Numbered from the stretch's first letter, positions 1 to 13,142 are shown. The stretch: DNA of 64,000 nt from Octopus vulgaris (GCA_951406725.2 OX597821.1:107074001-107138000); one strand, 5' to 3'. Made by a program: numbers and translations. The notes: generated from the sequence alone by a model not told the origin.

Positions 1-245
1 TACTAAGTGCCACATTATTATAGTCGTCATTTTTGTCAAACATTTCCTTATTAGAAGGTAAATTAGGAATTCTTTTAGAAATATTACCAACTAAAAAAAA
101 CCTTTTACATAACTAGGAACATTACTTTTGACATTTATATACCTAAGACTGAAATTGGGCTCGTGGCATCGTTCGTATTTTACCTGTATGAGATTAAGCT
201 CAACATCAATGAAGTTAATAGAGTCGTGTTCGTTGTATCTTCCTC
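1..245 (-). mobile_element. Degenerate Penelope-like reverse transcriptase C-terminal fragment
   Basis: Manual minus-strand translation gives SINFIDVELNL..KYE..HEPNFSLRYINVKSN.PSYVK...NISKRIPNLPSNKEMFDK, resembling the Penelope RT thumb region; contains frameshifts. Confidence 0.55.
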
Positions 246-497
246 TCATATATATATATATATATATATATTAGAAGAAATGGGGTAATCAGAAATCTGG
301 ATGGTTTTATATTTACAGATATTTATTAATACGTCACAGATTTTTATAAATCATATAGCGCTTGCGTCCACTCTAGTAGAGTCGTCAGATTGAACTTTTT
401 TCAGGAATTTTGTCTCTTTTTAAAGTATTATTAAGTGTGTAGGGGTGGAGAGGGATATAAGAGAGTACAAGAGGGTGAGAAATGGGGTGTGAGAGAG

Positions 498-504
<7 letters not shown>

Positions 505-533
<29 letters not shown>

Positions 534-1270
534 TTTCTATCTGAAAGAAGTGTCAATGGAAAAAAGAAGGAAAGGAAGAAGGAGAACAGAAAGAAGAAAA
601 TGTGTTGACATCTTTGCAGCTGGTCATTCTTTCAATAGTAAATGATTCTTGGCTTTTAGAAATGGCAAACCCAGCTGGTCACTCCAAGGGTGGGGATGGG
701 ACAAAATGTCACTTTTCACAAAATTGTCTGGATTTCTTTTTATCATTGTCTTGTGAGAGAGTGTGTGTGTATGTGCGCGCGTGTGTGTGGGTGTCTGTGT
801 ATCTAAAAGGAGTGTCAATGGAAAAGAGAAGGAAAGGAAGGAGAAGAGAAAGAAGAAAAAATGTGTTGACATCTTTGCAGCTGCTCAGTCTTTGAATAGT
901 AAATGATTCTTGGTTTTTAGAAATGGCAAACCTAGCTGGTCATTTCAGATGATCAAAATGTCACTTCTCAAAAAAGTGTCTCGATTTCTTTTTAGAAGGG
1001 AAGAAAGAAGGAAGAGAGGAAGAAGAAATAATTGTCTTGTGAGAGTGTGTGTGTGTATGTGCGCATGTGTGTGTGGGTGCCTGTGTATCTGAAAGGAGTG
1101 TCAATGGAAAAGAGAAGGGGAGAAAGAAGTAAGAGAGGAAGAAGAAATAATTGTGTAGACATTTATACCGCTCTTCAGTTCTTTCAATCCAATGGGTTGG
1201 AGATTCTGGAAGAAACATTGTTTTTATTTATGTATATGTACATATGTGTAGTACTCTGTGTGTGTGTGCG
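505..1270. repeat. Three imperfect tandem copies of a ~270-bp unit with GT microsatellite and purine-rich tract
   Basis: The motif TATCTGAAAGGAGTGTCAATGGAAAAGAGAAGG...GTTGACATCTTTGCAGCT recurs at about 538, 800 and 1086. Confidence 0.8.
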
Positions 1271-1365
1271 TGTGTCTGTTTAATACAATTTACTTTACAA
1301 AATTGGTCCTTCATCAAGTACAAATTATTATAGAAATATTTTCAGCCATTCGATTTATATATATT

Positions 1366-1417
<52 letters not shown>

Positions 1418-2115
1418 GTTAGTTAGTTATTTACATATATATATGCATATGTGTTAGTGTGTGTTTATGCATGCATGTTTCTCTATATTCCGTCTATGTA
1501 AAGTGTAAAACATCAAAATATTTTGAAATATACACGAGCAAGTGCTAATAATAAAGTGAATATTGTCTCGTTGGAATACAGGAATAATTGTATCTCAGAT
1601 TATTACCTTATATGAAGTACATTTCCGTTTTCGTTCCCTCGTTGACATCTTCCCCTAGTGTTCCCATATAAATAGTGTTGCAACCCCATGCCTAATCCTT
1701 AAACGAAAATGTCTGCGGCTTCCCAACCACACATCGTAACACGAATTGTAGCTAAGTCCCAGAAACTAGGAAAGGAAAAGAAAGAAAGAGAGTGACAGAT
1801 AGATAGACAGACAGAGACAAACTTAAAATGCCAGACGGATCGAGACACAGAGCAAATGAGTGGAAAGCTGAGCCTGACTTAGATGGGATTAGAAAAACAT
1901 TTTGGAACATTATTTCAGGTCTGTCTTATTTCTGCAATCGGGAAAAAGTGGCCAAATTGACATCTGATAATGGAAAACAGGCGAAAATGATGTAATGTGA
2001 TCTATCTACTTAGTAAAGAATCTGCTAATTCAACATCTTTTAAGATGTCAGACGCATTATAAAAATACAAATAAAATCAAACAAGAGAATTTTATGAAAT
2101 TATTATATAACTTAC

Positions 2116-3058
2116 CGATGTATTTAAACGAACTCCAATCCAAATAATGATTATCAAATACATCAAGTAAATAAATTCCGAAATAGTAACATAGATGTAT
2201 TCATAAAATTTAGTTTTCAAGGAATCATTTATTATTTTGTAAGTAGCAATGCAACATCCAATAATACAACCGAGTACGAGAAATCCCGAAAGCAACTGAA
2301 ATGATTCATTTACCAAATTCAGTATTCTACTCATAGTATCATGAGTGTTACATATTTCTTGAATTTCTTTATATTTCTTAAAGAAATACGAAGTGTCCGA
2401 TTGCTTTTCTTTTACATATATCTGAGCTTCGTTCTCTAATTTATTAAACTCATAAATCAGGGCTAAACTAAATGCACAGTTCATATAGTAGTCACATATA
2501 ACGTACGCAGATAATATACTGTAAAATACAATCTGTATTGTTAAAATTAGCATATGATACACATTGGTGATTTTCTCAAAAATTCTTAAAGAACTCTGAG
2601 AGCTCACAGTGAAATATGAAGAAACGAAAGTCATAAGACTAACTATAATAGGCAATAACGTAAATGTATAAAGTGATATACCGGAAAATATAAAACTAGA
2701 ATTATAGAATTTTCTATCATTTTCTTCCATTTTAAGTTTGGTGAATGCTTCGATTATTTCTTTGTGTTTAGATTTTCTGAAGGTTTTAATCAGACAATAA
2801 ATTGAAAGCCCCCCCCTGGATATACAATGCGTAAATATATCTAAATATTCCACTGCATGTGCTATGATCCATTTGTATTATATCAAAAATAGGTCTCGCA
2901 AGCAGATATATACAATAGACGATATAACAACCATAAAAACAGATTATGCGAGGCTTTAGTGATTTCAGTGTTGATAGGTTCATAACTGATATATGGAAAG
3001 TATTAATTTTCCGATAGAATTCCAGGAATTTATAGAAGCGTGTGTCCTTCAGTTCCAT
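2116..3058 (-). CDS. Unit A: GRL-like chemoreceptor first coding exon (TM1-TM6), with a +1 frameshift in a G8 run
   Basis: ATG at 3058 (MELKDTRFYK). ORFs 2786-3058 and 2092-2853 join into one paralogue if one base of the C8 run at 2809-2816 is removed. Ends RLNTS then GTAAGT. Length is 943 nt (3n+1). Confidence 0.75.
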
Positions 3059-3345
3059 ATTTTCTGTAATTCAATATTAACCGGTTACTTCTATATGAAC
3101 AGCTAAATTCTTTGATATAGACCGCGGGAGGTTAATTCCTTTGTCAGGTTACAAGTTCTTCAAATTAACTGCTGCACTGTGCTATGCCGTTTCATGTGTC
3201 AGGAAAGAACTAACAATGAACGTGAAACGAGATAAAAGCTATTTATACAGTTATTCAGTTTCATTCTCTATGGGTATTATTTCAAGCCTCTTGCAATGGA
3301 TATAACAAAAATATTAAACACATCGTTCACTAAGCTTCTTAAGAT
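3059..3345 (-). promoter_or_regulatory. Unit A putative 5' UTR and promoter
   Basis: Minus-strand TATAAATA at ~3240-3248 and the TAAGCTTCTTAA block at ~3331 sit at the same positions as in the other units. Confidence 0.55.
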
Positions 3346-3686
3346 GAAGGCAACTATATCTAATACTTATAATATATATGTATACAAAAGCACACACCCA
3401 CACATATATATGTGAGTGAATGTATGGGTTTATGTATTACTGCATTTTGCGGCTTATCCGATTTACGTATATACAATAGGAAGAACATCGATGTTATATC
3501 CTCATCGACCAGTCCGCATTACATCAAGCATTGTCCACGGTTGATCTATGAATTGATTCAAAGGACTTATGTCTACTTCAGAAAAGAAGTGTTCTTTGTC
3601 CTAGTGTGGACCTTAAAAATTAAGCTTAGGTTATTTACGAAGTGTTATTGCTTTTCCTTATGTACGGTGATACTGTTGGATCACTG

Positions 3687-3755
<69 letters not shown>

Positions 3756-3820
3756 ATATACATATATATATATATAATATACATAAAAATACATATATAC
3801 AAGCAGCACGTACGTATATA

Positions 3821-3870
<50 letters not shown>

Positions 3871-3876
<6 letters not shown>

Positions 3877-4318
3877 TCGCCATTCTAATATGGCAGTCCA
3901 TAAATATAAGACTAAACCTGTCGTGGATTAGCTCCAAGAGGCCATCGCCTCTAGCTAGCTATATGACACACGAACCTGCGTCCATTACAACATTCGAACA
4001 GTAATTTTAATATTTCTATTATTGAAAAGAAGTGGATGTATTCCACTGTAACTAGGTAAATAAAATCTTCGAACAGACAGTCAGTAGCGACACCTGCTGA
4101 GTCTGACTACGCTGCATTGATAACGGACAACAACCCTGAAACATGTCTGCAGATGTCTGACTAGCAAGGTGAAGCGGCTGACCTCCCCTGTTCGAAGGTT
4201 GTAATGGACGCAGGTACGTGTGTCATATAGCTAGCTGGAGGCGATGGCTTCTTGGAGCTAATCAGCGACAGCTTTAGTCTTATATTTATGGATTGCCATA
4301 TTAGTATGGCGATAACTA
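3871..4318. repeat. Inverted repeat with ~130-bp arms (3871-4001 and 4188-4318), Penelope-pLTR-like or MITE-like
   Basis: TAGTTATCGCCAT...CATTCGAACAG is the imperfect reverse complement of CTGTTCGAAGG...ATGGCGATAACTA. Confidence 0.8.
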
Positions 4319-4381
4319 TTAATATCCAGTAACGCTGCCGTAATCTCCTTTAGAGAGACTTAGTAATTAAAATATTTGTAT

Positions 4382-4475
<94 letters not shown>

Positions 4476-4751
4476 CATGTATATATAATCATATACATAT
4501 ATATACATACAGATATATATATAGATTAACATGTATACATATACATACACCTACATATGTATAGTTAACCCATTAAGGCCACTGTCCTATAAATACGAGA
4601 CTAAATGAGAACATTAAATATGCTCTATAACATTATCTGAGTGTCCTATTTCTAGGACACTGAGTATTTTCCACTAGTTGAAGTAAAGGAGTTTTAATAA
4701 CCATTTTTTTTCATTTTAGCCTATTTTCAATCATCTGTAAAACTCTGTATC

Positions 4752-4798
<47 letters not shown>

Positions 4799-4800
4799 TA

Positions 4801-5550
4801 AATTAAGGGCTCCTAAATTAAGATGCCGAGTGCTGGGAACACAAAAAGGGGATGAAACCGCGGTTCGAGTTGTAAAAGTTATCGGTAAACGTTTTTGATT
4901 TTCACTCTCGATAAATTCATCCCCTTTTTGTGTTCCCAGCACTCGGCATCTTAATTTAGGAGCCCTTAATTGTATAACTACATGAATAATATTTTTCTAT
5001 ATGAATAATATTTTTGTCTTATGACTAATTCGTCTTTTGTGCTGGGCACCTGGTAGTAAATAATATTACTACCCTTCTTGTTTATATTCGTATATTACAT
5101 GATGGATTTATTCGTAAAATTCTTCCCGGCATGCCCTATACTGCCGTGTAAATTTTTGCGTCTGCGCAGAGATTTGAAAAGTTAAGATCTGCTAGTAGTC
5201 GGGTTCAACACATGGTCCCACATCGCCGCAGACCTCGATTAAATTTAGGCGACTCGCTGATGAAGCTAGCCTTAGCAAACATATTCTGTGTTTTGCTAGA
5301 AAGAAGCAGAAACCGCGGTTCGAGTTGTAAAAGTTATCGGTAAACGTTTTTGATTTTCACTCTCGATAAATTCATCCCCTTTTTTGTGTTCCCAGCACTC
5401 GGCATCTTAATTTAGGAGCCCTTAATTGTATAACTACATGAATAATATTTTTCTATATGAATAATATTTTTGTCTTATGACTAATTCGTCTTTTGTGCTG
5501 GGCACCTGGTAGTAAATAATATTACTACCCTTCTTGTTTATATTCGTATA
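4801..5550 (+). mobile_element. Penelope-like pLTR remnant: ~240-bp direct repeat plus a short inverted 5' copy
   Basis: 4854-5092 is repeated at 5309-5548, and 4801-4856 is the reverse complement of ~4915-4971. A hammerhead motif lies at the junction. Partial-tandem plus inverted structure is typical of Penelope-like elements. Confidence 0.7.
5251..5326 (+). ncRNA. Minimal hammerhead ribozyme motif
   Basis: GACTCG-CTGATGA-[stem II, imperfect at its base]-GAAAC-CGCG-GTT-CGAGTT; stem III region is the palindrome AACCGCGGTT. Confidence 0.6.
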
Positions 5551-5617
5551 TATATATATATATACATACCAATCTCTAGTTAATATATATATATATATAC
5601 ACATATAGAGAGAGAAA

Positions 5618-5633
5618 TAGATAGATAGACAGT

Positions 5634-5673
<40 letters not shown>

Positions 5674-5678
5674 TAGAC

Positions 5679-5747
<69 letters not shown>
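5618..5747. repeat. (GATA)n/(GACA)n microsatellite
   Basis: Directly visible. Confidence 0.95.
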
Positions 5748-6029
5748 CTAGCCTAAAAGCCTCCCTATCGAGTGGCGTTTAAGCTATTTTATAGCTTTTA
5801 AGCAATTGATACCGAATGGGAAGATCTGCGAACAGATCTCTAACTTGTTTGGACGAACCTCAATGACGATCATATTCGTCGCAAAAAATCATGTAAAAAA
5901 AAACGGGTATAAACACCAAGATTATTGTCTTAATTCGAAGAATACTTTATGGTAAAACATTTGGTAAACTGGTAAATTAAAATTTTGCCAAAATATTTGA
6001 TACTTTGATACTTTGATACTTTGATAGGT

Positions 6030-6450
6030 TTCGGCCATTATTGGCCCAGGCCATGTCTAACTTAATAGCACCACCTGGTGAAGTCTTTCAAGTCAGAATT
6101 TGGGCACTATGGCCCAATCAAGTAGAGAGTTATTGTTTACAGAGACATATCCGGGTGTAGGGGGTTTATCCGGGATTTCTTGAAGGAATCTGTCCAAAGA
6201 CTTCTTGAACCCTATAGGGTCAGTTTCTGTTTTAATGTGTTTTGGTGTAATGTTAAAGAGAGCGGGGCCAATTGAGGTGAAATAATTGTGCCGTATTGTT
6301 GTTATGAGATGAGAGTGCGATTTTTGTTTTGGGCGGATGGCACGGGGCCCAAGCCTTGGATGTACCCTAAAGGTGATGCCAACATCATTTGGGCAATGCT
6401 GATGGAATATTTTCCACATCATGCAGATGATGTAGCGCTCACGACGACGT
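6030..6450 (-). mobile_element. 5'-truncated CR1-like LINE 3' end
   Basis: RRRERYIICMMWKIF...FKKSLDRFLQEIPDKP; reverse complement matches 46915-47335. Confidence 0.85.
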
Positions 6451-6518
6451 GATATACCAATGATATACCAATGAAATATCATTTTCCAATTAATCATAAG
6501 TATTATGAAATTAACAGG

Positions 6519-6581
<63 letters not shown>

Positions 6582-6663
6582 TGTGTGTGTGTGTGTACGT
6601 GTGTGCATGTGTGTGCATATCTGTGTGTGTTTGTGTGTGTATATATATGTATGTATATGTATG

Positions 6664-6700
<37 letters not shown>

Positions 6701-7367
6701 ATACGTATATATAAGAACACTATATACATGTATACTCAAGGACATATACACACATTTGCGCATATATATATATGTATATATATATACGTGTGTGTGTGTG
6801 TTTGCGAGTGCGTATGTGCGTGTCCCTGTATGTATGTATGGTAATGTATACACATTCTTAGAAACAGCGTTTTTATGCATAAATATTAAGAACAACAACA
6901 ACAACTACAAGGACAAGATATGGCTAAATAAATATATCAGTAAGATACCTAACAGATAAAAGAATAAACTGTTAGAAACTGTAAAATAATCAGAAGAGCA
7001 TTTGCTAATTTAAAATGATGTCTTCTAAAATCTTGATGAAGCGAAATTTGTGTGGCTTTCGTAAGATATATCTCACGATTAATTGTAGCTAAGTCGCAAA
7101 ACAAAGAGCGAGAGAGGGTGAGTTAATGACGGGATCACAGAATGAGATTCGGATGTCTATGGAAAAATTGTCATAGTGGAAGAGAAGGAGGAATGCCTTT
7201 TATAAGATATTAGGTGACATTAAAAGAAAACGATGAAATTGGCGTAGCATAATCTTTTCACACATGGACGAATACGATAAGTGGACAATTTTTTTCATGT
7301 AATATGTACTATAAATATATTTTTAAAATGAGGTTGGAGAATAATATAAATTTATTATGTAACTTAC

Positions 7368-8318
7368 CGAATTATGTAAGCGAAGACCAATCCAAACCAT
7401 TCTCGTCAAATACGACAAATTCAAAAAATTCACCAAAATAATAGTAGGGTATTCATTGAATAGAATTTGAAATGAACCATTTATTATGAAGTAAGTCATA
7501 ACACAACATCCAGTAAGACTACCAAGTACGACAAATCCCGAAGTCAACTGATATGTTTCATTCACTAAATTCAATATTCTACTCAGAGTATCATGTGAGT
7601 TACATATTTCTGTAATCTCTTTATATTTCTTAAAGAAATACGAAGTGTCTGATTGCTTTTCGTTTACGTATTTCTGAGCCTCGTACGCTACTTTATTAAA
7701 CTCATAAAGCAATGCAGTCCCAACTGCAATATTCATATACCAATCAAACATCATGGACGTAAATGTTATACAATGAAATACAAAGTATATTATTAAAAGT
7801 ATTAAGAGAGGGTTGTTGGTAGTTTTTAATTGAATTGGTGCGGAACTCCAAGTATTCTCAATGAAAAACGGGAGAACCATGTTAAAAATATAGAGAAGAA
7901 TAAGAGGCAAAAATATCCCTACAAAAAGAGTAATAAAAGAAAACATTAAGTTATAATTATAGAATTTTTTATCGTTTTCTTCTACTGTAATTTTGGTGAA
8001 TAAATCGATGATTTGTTTATTCTTAGATTTTCTGAAGATTCTGATCAAACAGTAGAGTGAAAGCAAACCCTGTAAAAATATTGTGTAAATATGTGCCAAT
8101 ATTCTATCAGTTTGGATATGATCAATTTGTATAGCATCATAAATATATTTGATGGGGTTTACAATCAGATATGCGAAGTACACGATATAAAAAGCATAGA
8201 AGCAGAGTGTGCTAAATTTGAGAGACTTCAATGAGATGTTGTTAATAAATATCCTAAATATATTCATCTTCTCATAAATTTGCAATATTCTATAAAATCG
8301 TGTTTCTTTCAGTTCCAT
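7368..8318 (-). CDS. Unit B: intact GRL-like chemoreceptor first coding exon (317 codons, TM1-TM6)
   Basis: MELKETRFY...six hydrophobic segments...CNSHDTLSRILNLVNETYQ...WIGLRLHNS, then a phase-0 GTAAGT donor. The H..L....L.N..F/Y motif before TM5 is typical of GR/GRL proteins. Confidence 0.85.
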
Positions 8319-8600
8319 AATTTTTGCAATTGTGTATTTTCACAAGTTCTATGTAAAGAATAAAACACTCTGACGTAAAACACACAAGCTCTATTTCTAT
8401 GTATGATCTCTAGTTCAGTAAGTTTCCTTCTATAATGAGTTGCGAGTATTCCAGGGATTCGTTTGTCACGAAAGACCTGGCAATGTATCTGTTATATAGT
8501 GTCATCTGTATTGTTTGAATGTGGGGATTATTTTAAGTCTGTTTTATGGACTTAAGATATATAACAAATTAGATACAGATAACTAAGCTTCTTAAAACCC
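8319..8600 (-). promoter_or_regulatory. Unit B putative 5' UTR and promoter
   Basis: Minus-strand TATATAAC at ~8492-8499, with the GGGATTATTT and TAAGCTTCTTAA blocks shared with the other units. Confidence 0.55.
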
Positions 8601-8644
8601 ATGAATCGTAGATGAGTTATATTAAATCCAGAAAGATGAATATA

Positions 8645-8685
<41 letters not shown>

Positions 8686-8686
8686 G

Positions 8687-8718
<32 letters not shown>

Positions 8719-8725
8719 TATACAC

Positions 8726-8762
<37 letters not shown>

Positions 8763-8812
8763 CATATATGTACATATACATATACATATATATACATATA
8801 TATCGATATATT

Positions 8813-8855
<43 letters not shown>

Positions 8856-8867
8856 ATATATACGAAA

Positions 8868-8912
<45 letters not shown>

Positions 8913-9230
8913 TACATGCAGTTTATGCTTGTCACTACTCTGCCTTTCATTTGATTTTCGCAATGAGGATATCGACATTATATTGATATCAATTAGTTTG
9001 CATTGTATCGAACGTGAGTTCCAGATTGATGTGTGCTGAGTAAAAGGTTTTCTATCAGTCACATAAAAGAAGCTTTCCCTTCTTCCTAATTCATATATTA
9101 GCGTGAACGTTAATGCAGAGATAGCGTCTTACGTAGTAGCAGTGTATTAGTTATATACTGTGATACAATTGTACATGCAAACATCCATGCATCCATACAT
9201 CCATATACATACATATATATATATACATAT

Positions 9231-9327
<97 letters not shown>

Positions 9328-9329
<2 letters not shown>

Positions 9330-9529
9330 ACCTTGTGTGTACCGTTGGCGATTTTTTTTCTTCTGTCTTCCCTTCTCTGGATCTTTCCTTCTCCTATGTT
9401 TCCGACGAAGAGCTCCGGTCGAAACGTTAAACCCTCTTTCTTCCCTTCTTTCCTGAGCGTCCAATAATACCATATTTGTTTCACGTCCTCGCGTTGTTAT
9501 TTTTTTTGTGTGTTTTCTTGTTTGGATTA

Positions 9530-9532
<3 letters not shown>
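9328..9532 (+). mobile_element. Short interspersed repeat with a hammerhead-like core; second copy at ~47402-47635
   Basis: TGTTTCCGACGAAGAGCTCCG(G/C)TC(G/T)AAACGTTAAACCCTC and its flanks are shared by both copies. Confidence 0.7.
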
Positions 9533-9572
<40 letters not shown>

Positions 9573-9573
9573 T

Positions 9574-10205
9574 TACAGGGTGCGATCAATTAACTATAGT
9601 CTGAATTCTGAATTACGCGAAAATGAAATGAACACTGATATCTAATTTTGACAGATAATTCTGCCAAAATTACATAGAAATATATTAGAATATTACAGAG
9701 TAAAGATATCCAATAAAATCGCCATTGTCTTCAGCCACAACCTCCAGATGATTTTTGCGATCTCCTACAACTCCTCTGGACGGTCTCCTTGTTTAAGATG
9801 GTGAATGCTGACATAATCCTTGCTTTCAGTTCATCTTTGGTGTTACATGGAGTTTTTTTTGTCTCTCGCTCAACTGCACCCCACACGTAATAATCAAGGA
9901 GTTTGCAGTCTGGGAAATTAGGTGGTCAGATGTTAGTGTCGATGTGGCTGCAGAAATTGCCTTACAGCCTTGACTGTGTTCTCCTGCTAGTGTGGCATGG
10001 TGCAAAATTCTTTTGCCAGATATAGGGTTTTCTAGCAGCCACCCTCTTGACCCAGAGCAGCAGTAATGCTTCGAGACACTTAATGTAGGCCACCGTGTTG
10101 AGTCTGAGCCCGTGTAGGAAGATGAATAGAAGGATAACGTCACCATCACTGGTGATCACACCAAAGACCATGATGCTTACTGGATGTGTCCACTGGCTCT
10201 TTTGC
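9574..10205 (-). mobile_element. Tc1/mariner-superfamily transposon 3' remnant
   Basis: IMVFGVITSDG...YIWQKNFAPCHTSRRTQ followed by a PPNFPDCKLLDYYVWG-like motif; TA-CAGGGTG terminus at ~9574. Confidence 0.8.
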
Positions 10206-10209
10206 GGTA

Positions 10210-10745
10210 AAGCAAACCTCGAGAGAACAGAGCAATCGTATGACGACAAGCCAGAGGGAGTAATGGAAAACGAGCATTACAAGACACTCTTAGATTTTAA
10301 CATGCAGTTCATCCAAGTCATAGAGGCAAAACGACCAGATATCGTGTTCATCATCCATAAAGATGAGAAAGAAACAAAGATAATAGATTTTGCAATACCA
10401 GGCTATCAGAGGGTGAAAGATAAAGAAACAAAAGATTGAGAAATAACAGCCACTGCGGGACTAGATAGGAAAGTTATGGGGCAAGAGGAAAGTAATGGTG
10501 ATACCGGTGGTAATTGGAGCATTAGGAGCAGTTTCCAAGGGCTATGAAAAACATATTAAGAATATTCGAGCTGCGGTCAGGCTCGAGGTGATCCAGCAGA
10601 CGTCATTGTTGGGTACAGCACGCATTCTAAGGAGAGTATTATCTCTTTGAGTCACAGAAGAAGGGAGTACTTGAAACCTTTCGTGATTTGTTGCTGCCTG
10701 CTTTCAAATAAAGAATAACCGGTAATTAAGAACTATCCGAGATGC
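10210..10745 (+). mobile_element. R4/Dong-like non-LTR retrotransposon 3' fragment (restriction-like endonuclease)
   Basis: KPEGVMENEHYKTLLDF...KRPDIV...IIDFAIPG and VIPVVIGALG, with stops. Confidence 0.8.
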
Positions 10746-10772
10746 TTTCATAATAAAAATGAAAATAAGAAA

Positions 10773-10931
<159 letters not shown>

Positions 10932-10934
10932 GGA

Positions 10935-12330
10935 ATAAGACTCATACTAAAAAATGAGCTCGAAAAATCGTATCAACTCCATTAAAACCCTTGAACTTTC
11001 AGTAGTCCAATACAGTTTTAACATCATTACCTGGAATCTTTCAGAGCTCCAATTTCTGGAGAAGAAGACAAGAAAAATACTAATTTCTAGGAACATGCAC
11101 CACCCAAAAGCAGATGTTGATCGTCAGTACCTACCTAGAAGTCATGTAGTAAGATGAATGATGCCGGTAGAACTGTCCTGCAAGAACTCCACTATAGAAA
11201 TGAAAAGGTATTTATCTAGTACAGAGGACTGTACGCTGCAACTTGTGTACAAACACGGGAGCAGTAAAACTCACATTTGATTGTCAATGAAGCTTGTAAA
11301 TTCGCAAGAGAACATTGCATTAATCTTGAAATAGTTGAAAAAATTGAAATCACTGGCACAAAACAAACCAAATGGATCAAGCAGACTGCAAAAAAAGAAC
11401 AGGCAGAAACAAATTGCGAAGCGATGGAGCTAGAAGCCTCTACATGGTCAGTATATACTTCGAAATCGAAATTCTGACGTAGATCAATCAACAACCCATC
11501 AGTGGCTGAGAAGTTCAGAACTGAAAACAGAGACTGAAGGTTTCATATTGGCGGCAAAAGACAAAAGCTTGCTAAGAAAAATCTACCAGGCTAACCTTCT
11601 TCAAACCTGTTGGGACCCTAACTGCAGGTTCCGCGACACATTTGACGAAGCAATAGACCATCTAGTCTGGAGAAGCATTTTACTGACATCAAACGAATAT
11701 AAAAATCGCCACGATAGGGTACCACAGTATTTACATTGGAAAATATGTAAACACTACAAAATTAACACTCCTGCTTACTGGTATGAACATCATCCTGAGC
11801 CAGTCGGTGAAGGTAAAAATGTCACTATACTCTGGGATTTTCCAGTCAACACTGACAGAACGTTCCAGATTAATTGACCAGACATAATTATTAAAGACAG
11901 GAAAGAAACAACTTGTACACTAATAGCTGTAAGTGTACCCCGCGTTAAAAATATATCTGTAAAGGAATTTGACAAACTAATTAAATATAAGGACATGGAA
12001 ATTTAAATACAAAAGATGTGGCATCTTAAAACAAGAACTGTTCCTGTTATTGTAGGAGCCCTAGGTAGGATAAAAGGAGGATGTTAGAAACATCAAGGTA
12101 ATATCTAAAGTGAACCATGTCTCAGAGAAATCCAAAAGATTGTGCTAACAAGTACTGCCCGCATCTTTAGAAAAATCCTATCCATTTAAATGTTAGTATT
12201 GCATTGCATGAAGATATTTTACTACCTCCCCTCCCCAAGCTTTCAGTAACATCTCTTATCCTTTACTCGCCCCAAGATGCAGGGTGTCTCAGGGCAAGCG
12301 ACTGGAACAAACATGCAGATTAAAAGTAAT
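10935..12330 (+). mobile_element. Degenerate R4/Dong-like LINE 3' part (RT C-terminus, zinc knuckle, REL endonuclease)
   Basis: MHHPKADVDR.YLPR, ETEGFILAAKD, YKNRHDRV.QYLHW, ILWDFPV and VPVIVGALG, with multiple stops. Confidence 0.85.
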
Positions 12331-12865
12331 AATAATAATAATAGTAATAATAATAGTAATAGTAATTATCGTAATTATAGTAACAATAATAATAATTCTT
12401 CTACGGTAGTGGTTGAAAATATTCTTAAGTCCACCATTTCGTCAATTGCAGCAGCTTCCAAGCTTCACCACTAATTCAGTTCTGAACTACACTGAAAACT
12501 ATTAAAAGTTTTAAAGTGGACACCTTCTCAGCTACACTTTGGCATAAATAGTTTGAGTTTTGGTTCAGTAGAAAAAATGTTACATCAAAATATCTGCGAC
12601 CTCAAGGGGTGGGGGGGCAGTAAGGCACCTATTCACCTTCAATTAACATAAACTTTTTAATTTTAAAATAAAAATACACTTTCCTTAGGCTTAAATAATA
12701 GAAAAATGTATGAGGAATTTAGAAACGTTAGTAGCATTGAACAAAAATTAGTAGAAGACAAGTTAATGGGCTGAAATACCATGAAATTTCGTGTAAGTGA
12801 GTAAGGAAATAACGCTTTAGCTATAAGAATAAAGATTATATTGTTAAAATGAATGTTTCCGTTCT

Positions 12866-13142
12866 AAGGCGGTGAGCTGGTAGATACGTTAGCACGCCGG
12901 GCGAAATGCGTAGCTGTATTTCGTCTGCCGCTTCGTTCTGAGTTCAAATTCCGCCGAAGTTGACTTTGCCTTACATCCTTTCGGGTCGATTAAATAAGTA
13001 CCAGTCGGTATAATTGACTTAATCCGTTTGTCTATCCGTGTTTGTCCTCTCTGTGTTTAGCCCCTTGTGCGGAGTAAAGATATAGGTATTTTGCCAATGT
13101 GTACGTTTTGAGTTCAAATTCCGCCGAGGTCGACTTTGCTTT
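12866..13142 (+). mobile_element. tRNA-derived SINE, family 1
   Basis: GGCGGTGAGCTGG...CACGCCGGGCGAAATGC...GAGTTCAAATTCCGCCG (B-box-like); copies at 13728 and 57307. Confidence 0.85.

Noticed and set aside
505-1270. CRISPR-like or coding interpretation of the tandem repeat
   Set aside because: Eukaryotic context, long degenerate units without unique spacers, and no conserved ORF.
1606-1765. Possible exon 2 after unit A: polypyrimidine tract plus TAG at ~1766 and AAG|GTAATA at ~1606
   Set aside because: The phase-0 translation (FLGLSYNSCYDVWLGSRRHF...IWEH*) has no TM7 or TY..QF motif, and the AG is absent at the homologous position in unit B.
3412-4564. Many YI/HT/CV-repeat ORFs here and across the window, plus poly-N, poly-I and poly-L ORFs
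   Set aside because: They are translations of (TA)n, (CA)n and (AAT)n microsatellites.
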